Positions 29,552 through 37,750 of a stretch of DNA of 64,000 nt are shown here, piece after piece; the stretch's first letter is position 1, and the number at the start of each line of letters is the position of its first letter. This stretch comes from a virus. The notes under the pieces were generated by a model. It worked only from the letters and a program-made list of their open reading frames with translations, had not been told where the DNA came from and ran no database searches. Position numbers and translations under genes: made by a program. The stretch covers positions 32,001 to 96,000 of IMG/VR virus record IMGVR_UViG_3300026521_000466; one strand, 5' to 3'.

Positions 29552-31026
29552 TTATCCTTTAACATGGCCAGTATATGACTGGTCAATACTGTTTTCATTA
29601 TCGGAGTATTTTTAAATATACACTCTGAATATATATCATATATAAAGAAACTATCCAAGATCATCAGATGCCCCTCTTCATATACTATGTTTGGTCTATC
29701 GCTGTTAATAAGTTTTTTCATTACATCTACTCTGAAAGCTTTATACCGTTCATAAGCAGGTCGTTTAAGAAACCCTATATCTGTAACTAGACCTATGCCT
29801 ATTCTATAGATAGCATTTAAATCTAAATCATCTACCGCAGACACTATTAGATCATCATTTATCTCTAGTGGAATGCCTGACAGACGATTGTCTTTAAATA
29901 ACATTACCTGTATAATAGATTCACCTTCATTTACTATGGCATTTCCTTCTCCCCTAATGAATTCAAGCACATCATCTGTAAACTGAATATCTCCCAGATT
30001 TTTCAAGTCTATCAGAGATTTACTGTCACTTGGACTCAACAAGGTAAGTCCGCACAGTATAGTGTTTATAAACGGATGTCTTTCAACATTACTGTCAACA
30101 TCATTTTCAGGCAATCTTATATATTTATTTGCCATAATATTATTGATCACTCTATTGAATAGAGATTCACTAATATTAAACCGTGACATTTCACTAATCA
30201 TTGTGCCAGGGCTATCTTTTTCATAAGATGTGTCTTCTGGTATCAATGCTTTTGGCAAGAATTGGTTTGCAATAACGTAATTATAGAATATATCAACATA
30301 CATAAGTTTACTATACTCTATCTCATATGAGAAATCAATAGTGTAGTAACCAGTCTCCTTATTAAACTCTATCTTCGGTTCTCTTATGTCTTTAAAAATA
30401 CCATTGATATTATTTATAGTTGTTGAATATGTCACGTTTACAGGGCGACCACTATTATCATATGTTAATTCCAAACCATTATCGGATATAGATGAAAGGA
30501 ATTCTAATAGCTCCATATTAATCAAATTATAATTTGTTCTGTATTTATGGATAAATAGTATCAGGTAGGAGATGGTGTTGTTTAAGTAATAGATATACTT
30601 TGAATGGTGGGTCAATCTGAATCCCTCCATGGCTACACGATATAACCTATCTGCTATTTCATTTATTACGGTTCGTGATTTTGAAATCACTTTAAAATTT
30701 AACTCCATTTTATACTGTATATAGACAGGTTTTACAGTTAAATCCCTATCTTGTATAAACGGTTTGTTTGTATTATAGGCAGGCATAAAATATAATGGGT
30801 CTTCAGAAGGACTTTCCTCATAGTAGACATCTATTTTATTTGCTCGTATTTCGTTATCTTTTTTATATTTCAATAGATACTTTTCATTTTTAAAATCACT
30901 ATTGTCATATACTAAGTCTACTGCATTAGTGAAATGCAGTAGCTCTCGTACATTATCCATTACTCCTAGAGCAATGGTGTGACTAATAGTTTTATCAGTT
31001 GCGGGTAGTGTTTCACGTATTATCAT
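29548..31026 (-). CDS. Virion structural protein (phiKZ gp98-like)
   Basis: 492 aa; F.D.D..VKPVY, IANQ.LP; synteny. Confidence 0.6.
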   Translation of the reverse strand: MIIRETLPATDKTISHTIALGVMDNVRELLHFTNAVDLVYDNSDFKNEKYLLKYKKDNEIRANKIDVYYEESPSEDPLYFMPAYNTNKPFIQDRDLTVKPVYIQYKMELNFKVISKSRTVINEIADRLYRVAMEGFRLTHHSKYIYYLNNTISYLILFIHKYRTNYNLINMELLEFLSSISDNGLELTYDNSGRPVNVTYSTTINNINGIFKDIREPKIEFNKETGYYTIDFSYEIEYSKLMYVDIFYNYVIANQFLPKALIPEDTSYEKDSPGTMISEMSRFNISESLFNRVINNIMANKYIRLPENDVDSNVERHPFINTILCGLTLLSPSDSKSLIDLKNLGDIQFTDDVLEFIRGEGNAIVNEGESIIQVMLFKDNRLSGIPLEINDDLIVSAVDDLDLNAIYRIGIGLVTDIGFLKRPAYERYKAFRVDVMKKLINSDRPNIVYEEGHLMILDSFFIYDIYSECIFKNTPIMKTVLTSHILAMLKDK

Positions 31027-31283
31027 ACAGCCACTCCCTCATTGACAAAGGCTAATGAGTGGCCATACAACATTTCATAAATATTGATGTCATCTTTATT
31101 AGTGGTCAATTTATTGGTATCAGGAACATAAGTTATATCATTTGAAAGATTTAAGATTGTGTCTCTACCCATTCCCATAGAGACAAGCTCAAATGCATTA
31201 TTTTTAATATGGAATAGATTTAAATCCACACCTAAGGAAAATGATATCTTTTTCATTGTTGACTCTATTGTTACACTTTTCAT
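31023..31283 (-). CDS. Hypothetical protein
   Basis: 86 aa, AGGAG RBS. Confidence 0.7.
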   Translation of the reverse strand: MKSVTIESTMKKISFSLGVDLNLFHIKNNAFELVSMGMGRDTILNLSNDITYVPDTNKLTTNKDDINIYEMLYGHSLAFVNEGVAV

Positions 31284-31361
31284 ATATTGCTCCTGTTAGT
31301 AAAATCATTAAATTAAAGGTGTTTATTTTTTATTGATACTTATATATAAAAGGAAAAACCT

Positions 31362-32180
31362 ATGTTAAAACTACATATCGATGCCTATACTGATATGAAT
31401 CTTGAAGATTCCATGTTTATCGACATAAAACGACTCTCAAAAATGAATAACCATATATTCCAATCTTTATCTGCTAAGTTATATAAATTGTTCAATTTCA
31501 AAGAACATTTGGATAACCTGATAAAAGATGATATGCTCATCGGACTTATGACTGCGGCCAAGAATGAAAAGCTGTTTATTGCTAAGTATGACGAAATAAA
31601 AGATGAAAGTATCCCTGTCCCTATGGGATTCAACGGTAACTTAATTGGAATTACCGGAGTAATTGATAAATACTTCAGAGATTATCTCACTATGTATGAA
31701 GAGAGAATGACTACTTTCAATCAGGAACTTTCTGAATTTATCAACAGCAAAGATGCAAGAACAAAATTGGTATTCAGCTATGATAATACTGATCTAAAGA
31801 AACATTTAATTAAGATGGATAAAGAGATACATGACCAGCTGACAAAATATAAAAGTCCAGTGGCCACTGTAGGTGATCTTTTTGTAAGTAAAAAAGGGTT
31901 TGGAGAAGTAGTAAAAAACCTAACACCATCTATGAGGTATATTAACAGTAAACGTATGAAAGAGTATGTTGGTATGGTACGTGCATTGAATGTAAAGTTG
32001 AAAGCATTGCAAGATATGGTAGAGGTGGAGAAGGACACTGTAAGTAAGAAAGCTCTGGTGCATATGATAGAAGAGATAGAGCTGGCAGCTAACATGGCTA
32101 CTCTACTAGGCAAATATGCTTTGGCTGCTTATGAGACTGTCAATATTATGAAGAGTGTGAATACAATGATAACAAAATAG
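31362..32180 (+). CDS. Probable internal head protein (phiKZ gp162/163-like)
   Basis: N-terminal MNLE site, VPMGFNG motif, helical. Confidence 0.5.
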   Translation: MLKLHIDAYTDMNLEDSMFIDIKRLSKMNNHIFQSLSAKLYKLFNFKEHLDNLIKDDMLIGLMTAAKNEKLFIAKYDEIKDESIPVPMGFNGNLIGITGVIDKYFRDYLTMYEERMTTFNQELSEFINSKDARTKLVFSYDNTDLKKHLIKMDKEIHDQLTKYKSPVATVGDLFVSKKGFGEVVKNLTPSMRYINSKRMKEYVGMVRALNVKLKALQDMVEVEKDTVSKKALVHMIEEIELAANMATLLGKYALAAYETVNIMKSVNTMITK

Positions 32181-32183
32181 TAG

Positions 32184-32203
32184 GTAGTCTCATATGAGAC
32201 TAC
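32184..32203. terminator. Perfect 20-bp palindrome at convergent junction
   Basis: gtagtctcat|atgagactac. Confidence 0.65.
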
Positions 32204-33405
32204 TTTACTATTAAGTTATTATGCGGCGCATACGATATATGGTTTCTACCCTCATGAGAAAGTATTGTATAGTAACGAATCATCTTCTCTGTTTCGTATA
32301 TATACATATAGAGTTTAGCCCCCTTCAATAGCATACCAAGCCTGTTCCTATTAAATGTATCGACATTGGTCTTTATCGGCACTTTATATTTTCCATACGG
32401 TATTTTTACAAGGAAATCGCCTTTCTCCTTTAGAGCACCATCAACTACAAAATGCTCAGTTATATCTATCCACTTATCTTTCTCTTCCATTATTTTATTT
32501 CTGATAGAGGTCACCTCATCTTTTATTTTATATAAGAGTGCGGGCGGTGTATAGAGGAAAGCCACAGTAGTGGAATCCATAACACTGTACTGCATCATGT
32601 TATAGAATCCCTCTATCTTTAACTTTGGATAGGATCTTAATGCACGTATCACTCTAGGTGAGTATATGGTAGATGCCTTGAACAGTACGGGTATACCCAT
32701 TCTGTTATGTGGTTTCACATATTTATAGAGTTCATTTACTCTCTCCATAGGAGTCCCTTTATCCAATAGGGTATAGTTTATCTCAGTGATCACTCTACCT
32801 ATCTCATTCGGTTTAATGTACTCTTTTTCATCTATCCCATTACTTACACATAGAAACTCCTCTTCTGAATCATCTGTTTCAGGGTAATAGACTATTGTAT
32901 TGCCTGTTACATATCTTGGCCTATCTGTCTTTATCCTCCAAAAGTTTTTATCTTCATCTATGTGCATGATATTAAGCGTATCATCATCTACCAGTTTTGC
33001 GTAGGTCTTTAACTCTTCAATGTACTCTTCCATAAATCTCATAGGGCACGGCTCTGTTATACTTGCCAAACCTTTTATTTTATCAGGATCTTTAAACTGC
33101 TCGTCGCTGTATGAGTTTATTCCCTGCCCATGCTTTATGTAGTTGAAGAGCTTGATTGCATTGGCTAAAATAAATAGTTTCTTAATTTCTACTCCATTAA
33201 ATATCTCCTCTATATGTTCCGGTGTATTCATATAGATGCCAAAAAAGTAATATTCTGGTATAGTAGGGTTTATGGGCTTAACATTGTATCCATTCATAGT
33301 AGCGAAGGATTTCTTAGGGCCTGTCTCATTTAGTTTCTTTTCGATGCCTGTTTTATATCCATACACCAATAGTTTATTATCAACAGCATCTATATACATT
33401 ATCAT
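32200..33405 (-). CDS. Hypothetical protein, possibly a diverged phiKZ gp155 (RNase H-like) homologue
   Basis: About 400 aa; VYGY, PPAL.Y and NRN.L resemble the family but no clear RNase H catalytic motif; start set at the ATG behind AAAGGA. Confidence 0.45.
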   Translation of the reverse strand: MIMYIDAVDNKLLVYGYKTGIEKKLNETGPKKSFATMNGYNVKPINPTIPEYYFFGIYMNTPEHIEEIFNGVEIKKLFILANAIKLFNYIKHGQGINSYSDEQFKDPDKIKGLASITEPCPMRFMEEYIEELKTYAKLVDDDTLNIMHIDEDKNFWRIKTDRPRYVTGNTIVYYPETDDSEEEFLCVSNGIDEKEYIKPNEIGRVITEINYTLLDKGTPMERVNELYKYVKPHNRMGIPVLFKASTIYSPRVIRALRSYPKLKIEGFYNMMQYSVMDSTTVAFLYTPPALLYKIKDEVTSIRNKIMEEKDKWIDITEHFVVDGALKEKGDFLVKIPYGKYKVPIKTNVDTFNRNRLGMLLKGAKLYMYIYETEKMIRYYTILSHEGRNHISYAPHNNLIVK

Positions 33406-33484
33406 AGTACATCCTTTTAGTTTTATTCTTTTCACTAAATGACCAGATAATGATTTTTACATCGTTTTTAATGATTAAAATAGA

Positions 33485-34096
33485 ATGGAGACCACCATGA
33501 TAATAGATAATATAAAAAGAGTATATATTTTTAACCCACCATTTGATGTTCACAATAAGAAAGAGAATATACTGCTTGTCTCTAAAAAAGATATTCAGGA
33601 GTTAATATCCTCAAAATTGGATATATTCACACTAATATATAAGCCTGTAGGTTTAACCAACAGTGATATGCTTTCTGATATGAACAGTAATGTGAAGATA
33701 TTAACCTTTAGAACAGACAGCGGAGATTATATTGACATTCCTGAAAAATATGTACTTATTGATGAGAGCACATTTACTGGCGTAGAGTATCAAAGTAACA
33801 TTATGGCATTCAAACTACCTGCATTGCCGTCAAATGAAGATTTGGATACCTTAAGAGCAGAACTTGAAGAGTATGTTAATAACCGTTTGGGGATTGAGTG
33901 TAGTTCCACAATTATGGAAACATCTGCAAAGACAGTGATCTCCAGAGATCAACATGAGTTAAACATGATTGATAGAAACCAAAAAAAAGAAGATGTGGGT
34001 CTATATAACAAATATATCACATGTATGGCAGAAAATTCTAAACTGAAAACATTTATCGATAAACTATTAAATTACTACAAAAATAATTGTAACTGA
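33485..34096 (+). CDS. Virion structural protein (phiKZ gp157-like)
   Basis: IP..Y......V.Y......L.ALP pattern with C-terminal coiled coil. Confidence 0.55.
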   Translation: METTMIIDNIKRVYIFNPPFDVHNKKENILLVSKKDIQELISSKLDIFTLIYKPVGLTNSDMLSDMNSNVKILTFRTDSGDYIDIPEKYVLIDESTFTGVEYQSNIMAFKLPALPSNEDLDTLRAELEEYVNNRLGIECSSTIMETSAKTVISRDQHELNMIDRNQKKEDVGLYNKYITCMAENSKLKTFIDKLLNYYKNNCN

Positions 34097-34119
34097 CGTA
34101 GAGGATTATTCCTCTACGT
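34096..34119. terminator. Inverted repeat at convergent junction
   Basis: acgtagagga/tcctctacgt. Confidence 0.6.
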
Positions 34120-35185
34120 GCAGTATTCTTAATCTGTTGTTGTCAACGACATATGTTTTGTCATTGACTTTTAGATAGTTTATTCCGCCCGCCTCTTTGC
34201 TTATATCGTGTAGGTATGATGTGGATGGGATGTCTACCCAGTCGAGAGTGTCAAATGACGTAGTCTCCTCTACCATATACTCGATATTGGATAGGAGCAG
34301 TTTCTTCTCCAATAGCACAGAGAGCTTATCACCTGCTTTATATCCTTTATCCTCGAACATCTCCTTGAAAAGAACCTCTATCTTGTTCACCGCTTCTTTA
34401 TCGGTTTCTTCCAACTCCATATTTTTCAAGGATTGGAAATCCGTAATGAAATTTGTAAAGTTGGTAAAAGTGATATTTACCAAATAAGAATTTGCCAAAT
34501 GGTATAAGAACTTGTTGAACTCATCAGGCAGCTCTTTTGGAGCTATGTTTGATTTGTTCAACAAGGCGTTTATTACCGTGGGCGCGATATCCTCTTTCAG
34601 AATATACTTTTCTTCTGCTTGGAAGAAGACCAACTTCTCCATCTCCCCGCCTGCTAGTTTGACAGACCATGGATGTATAACCTTATTGAGGTTGATGCTT
34701 TCCGGCACGCTCACCTCTTTGGCGAATTTGTATGGATGGTATATTTTATGTGCATCTTCCTGCACCGGTTCTTTCCCCGGCGTTTTTGACTGGACTGTCT
34801 CATTCTGTACATCGTCAAATAGACCGCTGCTGTTACAAATTGTCGATGGAGAAGTGAACATATCATCCCCTTCCAATCCTGTTTTTGATTCATCGAACAG
34901 AGAGTCGTTATCCCAGAGCCCGCCGCCGCTAGTATCCCAAAGACCGCCTCCTTGACCGCCCCATCCACTATCTGACGAACCCCAACTGCCCGATGAGTCC
35001 CATCCACTATCAGACCCATCCCATCCGCCTGAGCCTCCCCAGCTGCTTGAACGACTCTTTATTCTCTTTACCAGTTTTGGTTCTCTATAGAGTTTTTTCT
35101 CTCCAAACTCATTGGTGATACCTATTAAGTAAATACCGTCTCCCCTACGTGTGTAGAGTTTATTGCCTCTCCTGATTACTTTCAT
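34106..35185 (-). CDS. Early protein with a Gly/Ser/Trp low-complexity repeat region
   Basis: 359 aa; SSWGGSGGWDGSDSGWDSSGSWGSSDSGWGGQGGGLWDTSGGGLWD; AAAGGA RBS and promoter at 35239-35247. Confidence 0.85.
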   Translation of the reverse strand: MKVIRRGNKLYTRRGDGIYLIGITNEFGEKKLYREPKLVKRIKSRSSSWGGSGGWDGSDSGWDSSGSWGSSDSGWGGQGGGLWDTSGGGLWDNDSLFDESKTGLEGDDMFTSPSTICNSSGLFDDVQNETVQSKTPGKEPVQEDAHKIYHPYKFAKEVSVPESINLNKVIHPWSVKLAGGEMEKLVFFQAEEKYILKEDIAPTVINALLNKSNIAPKELPDEFNKFLYHLANSYLVNITFTNFTNFITDFQSLKNMELEETDKEAVNKIEVLFKEMFEDKGYKAGDKLSVLLEKKLLLSNIEYMVEETTSFDTLDWVDIPSTSYLHDISKEAGGINYLKVNDKTYVVDNNRLRILHVEE

Positions 35186-35238
35186 ATCTATCCTTTATTT
35201 TTTGTGTTAGTGGATTTAGCTACTATCCACTACATATA

Positions 35239-35247
35239 AATAATATA
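35239..35247 (-). promoter_or_regulatory. Early-type promoter motif TATATTATT
   Basis: Part of a 23-nt block identical to 55162-55184. Confidence 0.7.
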
Positions 35248-35260
35248 CATATAAAAAACC

Positions 35261-35282
35261 GTCATAGGCATGTGCCTATGAC
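35261..35282 (-). terminator. Intrinsic terminator
   Basis: gtcataggca/tgcctatgac followed by GGTTTTTT on the minus strand. Confidence 0.7.
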
Positions 35283-35362
35283 AGGGTTCTAAACAGTGTG
35301 TCGATAGCTAACCAAAACATTATAACGGTTGCATAAGTTTTAACTCTTGCTTGTATTAACAT
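35276..35362 (-). CDS. Possible 28-aa hydrophobic peptide
   Basis: MLIQARVKTYATVIMFWLAIDTLFRTLS*; starts 2 nt after the holin-like stop and ends in the terminator. Confidence 0.4.
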   Translation of the reverse strand: MLIQARVKTYATVIMFWLAIDTLFRTLS

Positions 35363-35364
35363 TT

Positions 35365-35706
35365 TTACTTATCCTTTCCTTTCAAGTATGTTAATCCTAT
35401 CATCTCTTCTATACGCTTACGAATAATATCAGGCATAATAATCAATATGATCTGTACCAACTCTGCACCCATCAGTGTAGAGATTCCGTAAATCAGTGAC
35501 TCCAACCCACTTCCCTTTTTGATATTGAAGTACTCAAATATGAATGGGTCGATATACATGATTGTAAATGTACCACTTAGTACTATGGTCATGATGATCC
35601 TGACATTTGCAGTGTTCAGGAATAACGCTTGTAGGAATGCTGTCATAATAACAGTAAATCCGTTTTGTAAATCTTTAAGAATATTGAATGTGTTGTTCAA
35701 ATCCAT
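35365..35706 (-). CDS. Holin-like membrane protein
   Basis: 113 aa, about three hydrophobic segments, basic C-terminus. Confidence 0.5.
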   Translation of the reverse strand: MDLNNTFNILKDLQNGFTVIMTAFLQALFLNTANVRIIMTIVLSGTFTIMYIDPFIFEYFNIKKGSGLESLIYGISTLMGAELVQIILIIMPDIIRKRIEEMIGLTYLKGKDK

Positions 35707-36269
35707 TATTTGCCTTTCTCTATTTTTAACTCTGTGGTATAAGTAACTTTATATTTGTTAACATTGTCTTCATTGTCTGTCTCTATGATAAACACTATTG
35801 ACCCTGGTTCCATCATAATGATAGGTGCATCGCACACATAGCTTTTGTTATTGACGATTGATATATCTGTGGCAACTGAAAGTATGGTACAACTTCCTCT
35901 GTACTCATATGTTAATTTCTTAACATTTATTGCGGGCACATTTATAAATAGGAGTACACTATGACTGCTTTTATCAACGTTTACAGAGAGGTAGTATTTT
36001 TCAAATCCTTTTGAATCTTTTAATAACTCTTTTGTGTATTTGTTAAATATAGGTTTTACGGAGTAGTAATCCTCTATAAGCGGCACAACAGCATCTCTGT
36101 TTACTATATTCTTTTTTACTATCTTATCATCAATTCCTATTTTTATTTCCCATGTACTTTTTGATTTCTGTCCATGGTTTACATTATAGTGTCTTCCATC
36201 GTCTGTTAATGTAGCTGAGACAGGAGCAATGTCCTCTTCTCTGTAATCTACTAACCTTAATAATCTCAT
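35706..36269 (-). CDS. Hypothetical protein
   Basis: 187-aa ORF. Confidence 0.75.
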   Translation of the reverse strand: MRLLRLVDYREEDIAPVSATLTDDGRHYNVNHGQKSKSTWEIKIGIDDKIVKKNIVNRDAVVPLIEDYYSVKPIFNKYTKELLKDSKGFEKYYLSVNVDKSSHSVLLFINVPAINVKKLTYEYRGSCTILSVATDISIVNNKSYVCDAPIIMMEPGSIVFIIETDNEDNVNKYKVTYTTELKIEKGK

Positions 36270-36412
36270 AACATTTGCCTTTTTATATAAAATAAGTCAT
36301 TAAATATAAGTATAGCTTAACAACATATTAAGCCTATACTATAAATATTAATTTCATTGATGTTTAAGCTTAGCATAATTAGCTTTACACACTAGATTAA
36401 AAAAGGATAACG

Positions 36413-37624
36413 ATGTTAAAGGATTTTTTTGAAAAACTGAAAAGTGGAGAACTTATTGTTGTAAACCCACAAAATATTGATCGTAAATGTAGGCCGTCCA
36501 GCGCGATGCTTGATATGTGTATTGATGAAATGGCGGACTCTTTAGTGGAACATAATGAGTTCTCACCTGTTGAAGGAACTTATGTTGTTGACAACGGGTA
36601 TCGTCTTGGAAGATATACAGATGACTCTATATGCCAAAGACCATTCCGCCTTGACAAAGATGGGGATTATATTGTATCTGCCGATCATGACCGCCATGCT
36701 ATATTCTACTACGATAAAGAGTTTAACTTACAGAAAAAATATTATCTTGGCGATGTCAGTGATAACAGATATCCAAAATGTGTTGCTATTTCAGAAACTA
36801 AACTTTTTGTAGGTACTGACTATAACAGAATCATTTGTATTGATAAAGTTACCGGTGACGTGGATTGGGCATTTGGTACCTATGGGCATAGAGGAAAATG
36901 TTCAGAGGGGTATATCGGTGAAGTTATGCAGATACAACTACTATCTACAGGCAATCTCCTTGTAGCCACATATGAAGGAGCCGGTGATTTAAATAAATAC
37001 TATGGTACACTGGAAGAGTTTGCGCCTGACGGAACGTGGGTAAAAACACATCTTCAGTATAACAGATCAGGCCAGGGTGTAGATGGTGAAACAAGATACC
37101 CTCAATCACTACGTATTTATGACGATATTGTTTATGTTGGTAAAAGTAACGAAATTGATGTGTTCAGTTATGCTGATGGTGAACTTACATATGCGCAAAC
37201 TATTAGAAAGCCGTCTAACAGTGGCGTTGATGATCTTTCACTAAGAGATTTTGTTATTGAGGATGGTATTCTCTATATCACTTCTCCTGGATTGAAAAAG
37301 GTAGTTGGATTTGATCTGAATACCCATACACTGACATTTAGTGCTGGTATATATTCATATGAAGCTTCAGGTGGAATTAAACATACTGGAAATGGTATGA
37401 ATTACCCGGACGGAATTGTTATTGTTGATGGTCATATCTATATTGCAGATACATCGAACTATAATATTACTGAGGTATTTAAAGATAACTTCATCTATCC
37501 TGAGTATGATATTCCAGAAAATATCAGCGAGGTAATTTATAGCTCTCTTGAAATGGATGGTAGAAAAGGAATTGTCCCTGTTGGTGAAGAGCCACCAAAA
37601 CTTACCATGTTCTACAGATCTTAA
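36413..37624 (+). CDS. NHL-repeat beta-propeller protein
   Basis: RYPKCVAI, RYPQSLRI, NYPDGIVIVDGHIYIADTSNYNI repeats. Confidence 0.75.
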   Translation: MLKDFFEKLKSGELIVVNPQNIDRKCRPSSAMLDMCIDEMADSLVEHNEFSPVEGTYVVDNGYRLGRYTDDSICQRPFRLDKDGDYIVSADHDRHAIFYYDKEFNLQKKYYLGDVSDNRYPKCVAISETKLFVGTDYNRIICIDKVTGDVDWAFGTYGHRGKCSEGYIGEVMQIQLLSTGNLLVATYEGAGDLNKYYGTLEEFAPDGTWVKTHLQYNRSGQGVDGETRYPQSLRIYDDIVYVGKSNEIDVFSYADGELTYAQTIRKPSNSGVDDLSLRDFVIEDGILYITSPGLKKVVGFDLNTHTLTFSAGIYSYEASGGIKHTGNGMNYPDGIVIVDGHIYIADTSNYNITEVFKDNFIYPEYDIPENISEVIYSSLEMDGRKGIVPVGEEPPKLTMFYRS

Positions 37625-37658
37625 ACTGCGTGTGTGCGGATGTCCGCACACACGCAGT
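37625..37658 (+). terminator. 16-bp perfect stem immediately after the stop
   Basis: actgcgtgtgtgcgga-tg-tccgcacacacgcagt. Confidence 0.65.
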
Positions 37659-37750
37659 CCTCTTCGCATATTTTGTGAATATACTATTATAAAGGGTTTA
37701 TTTCAAAAAACTCAAATATGTGTATGGAAACATAACAACAAAGGAAAAAT

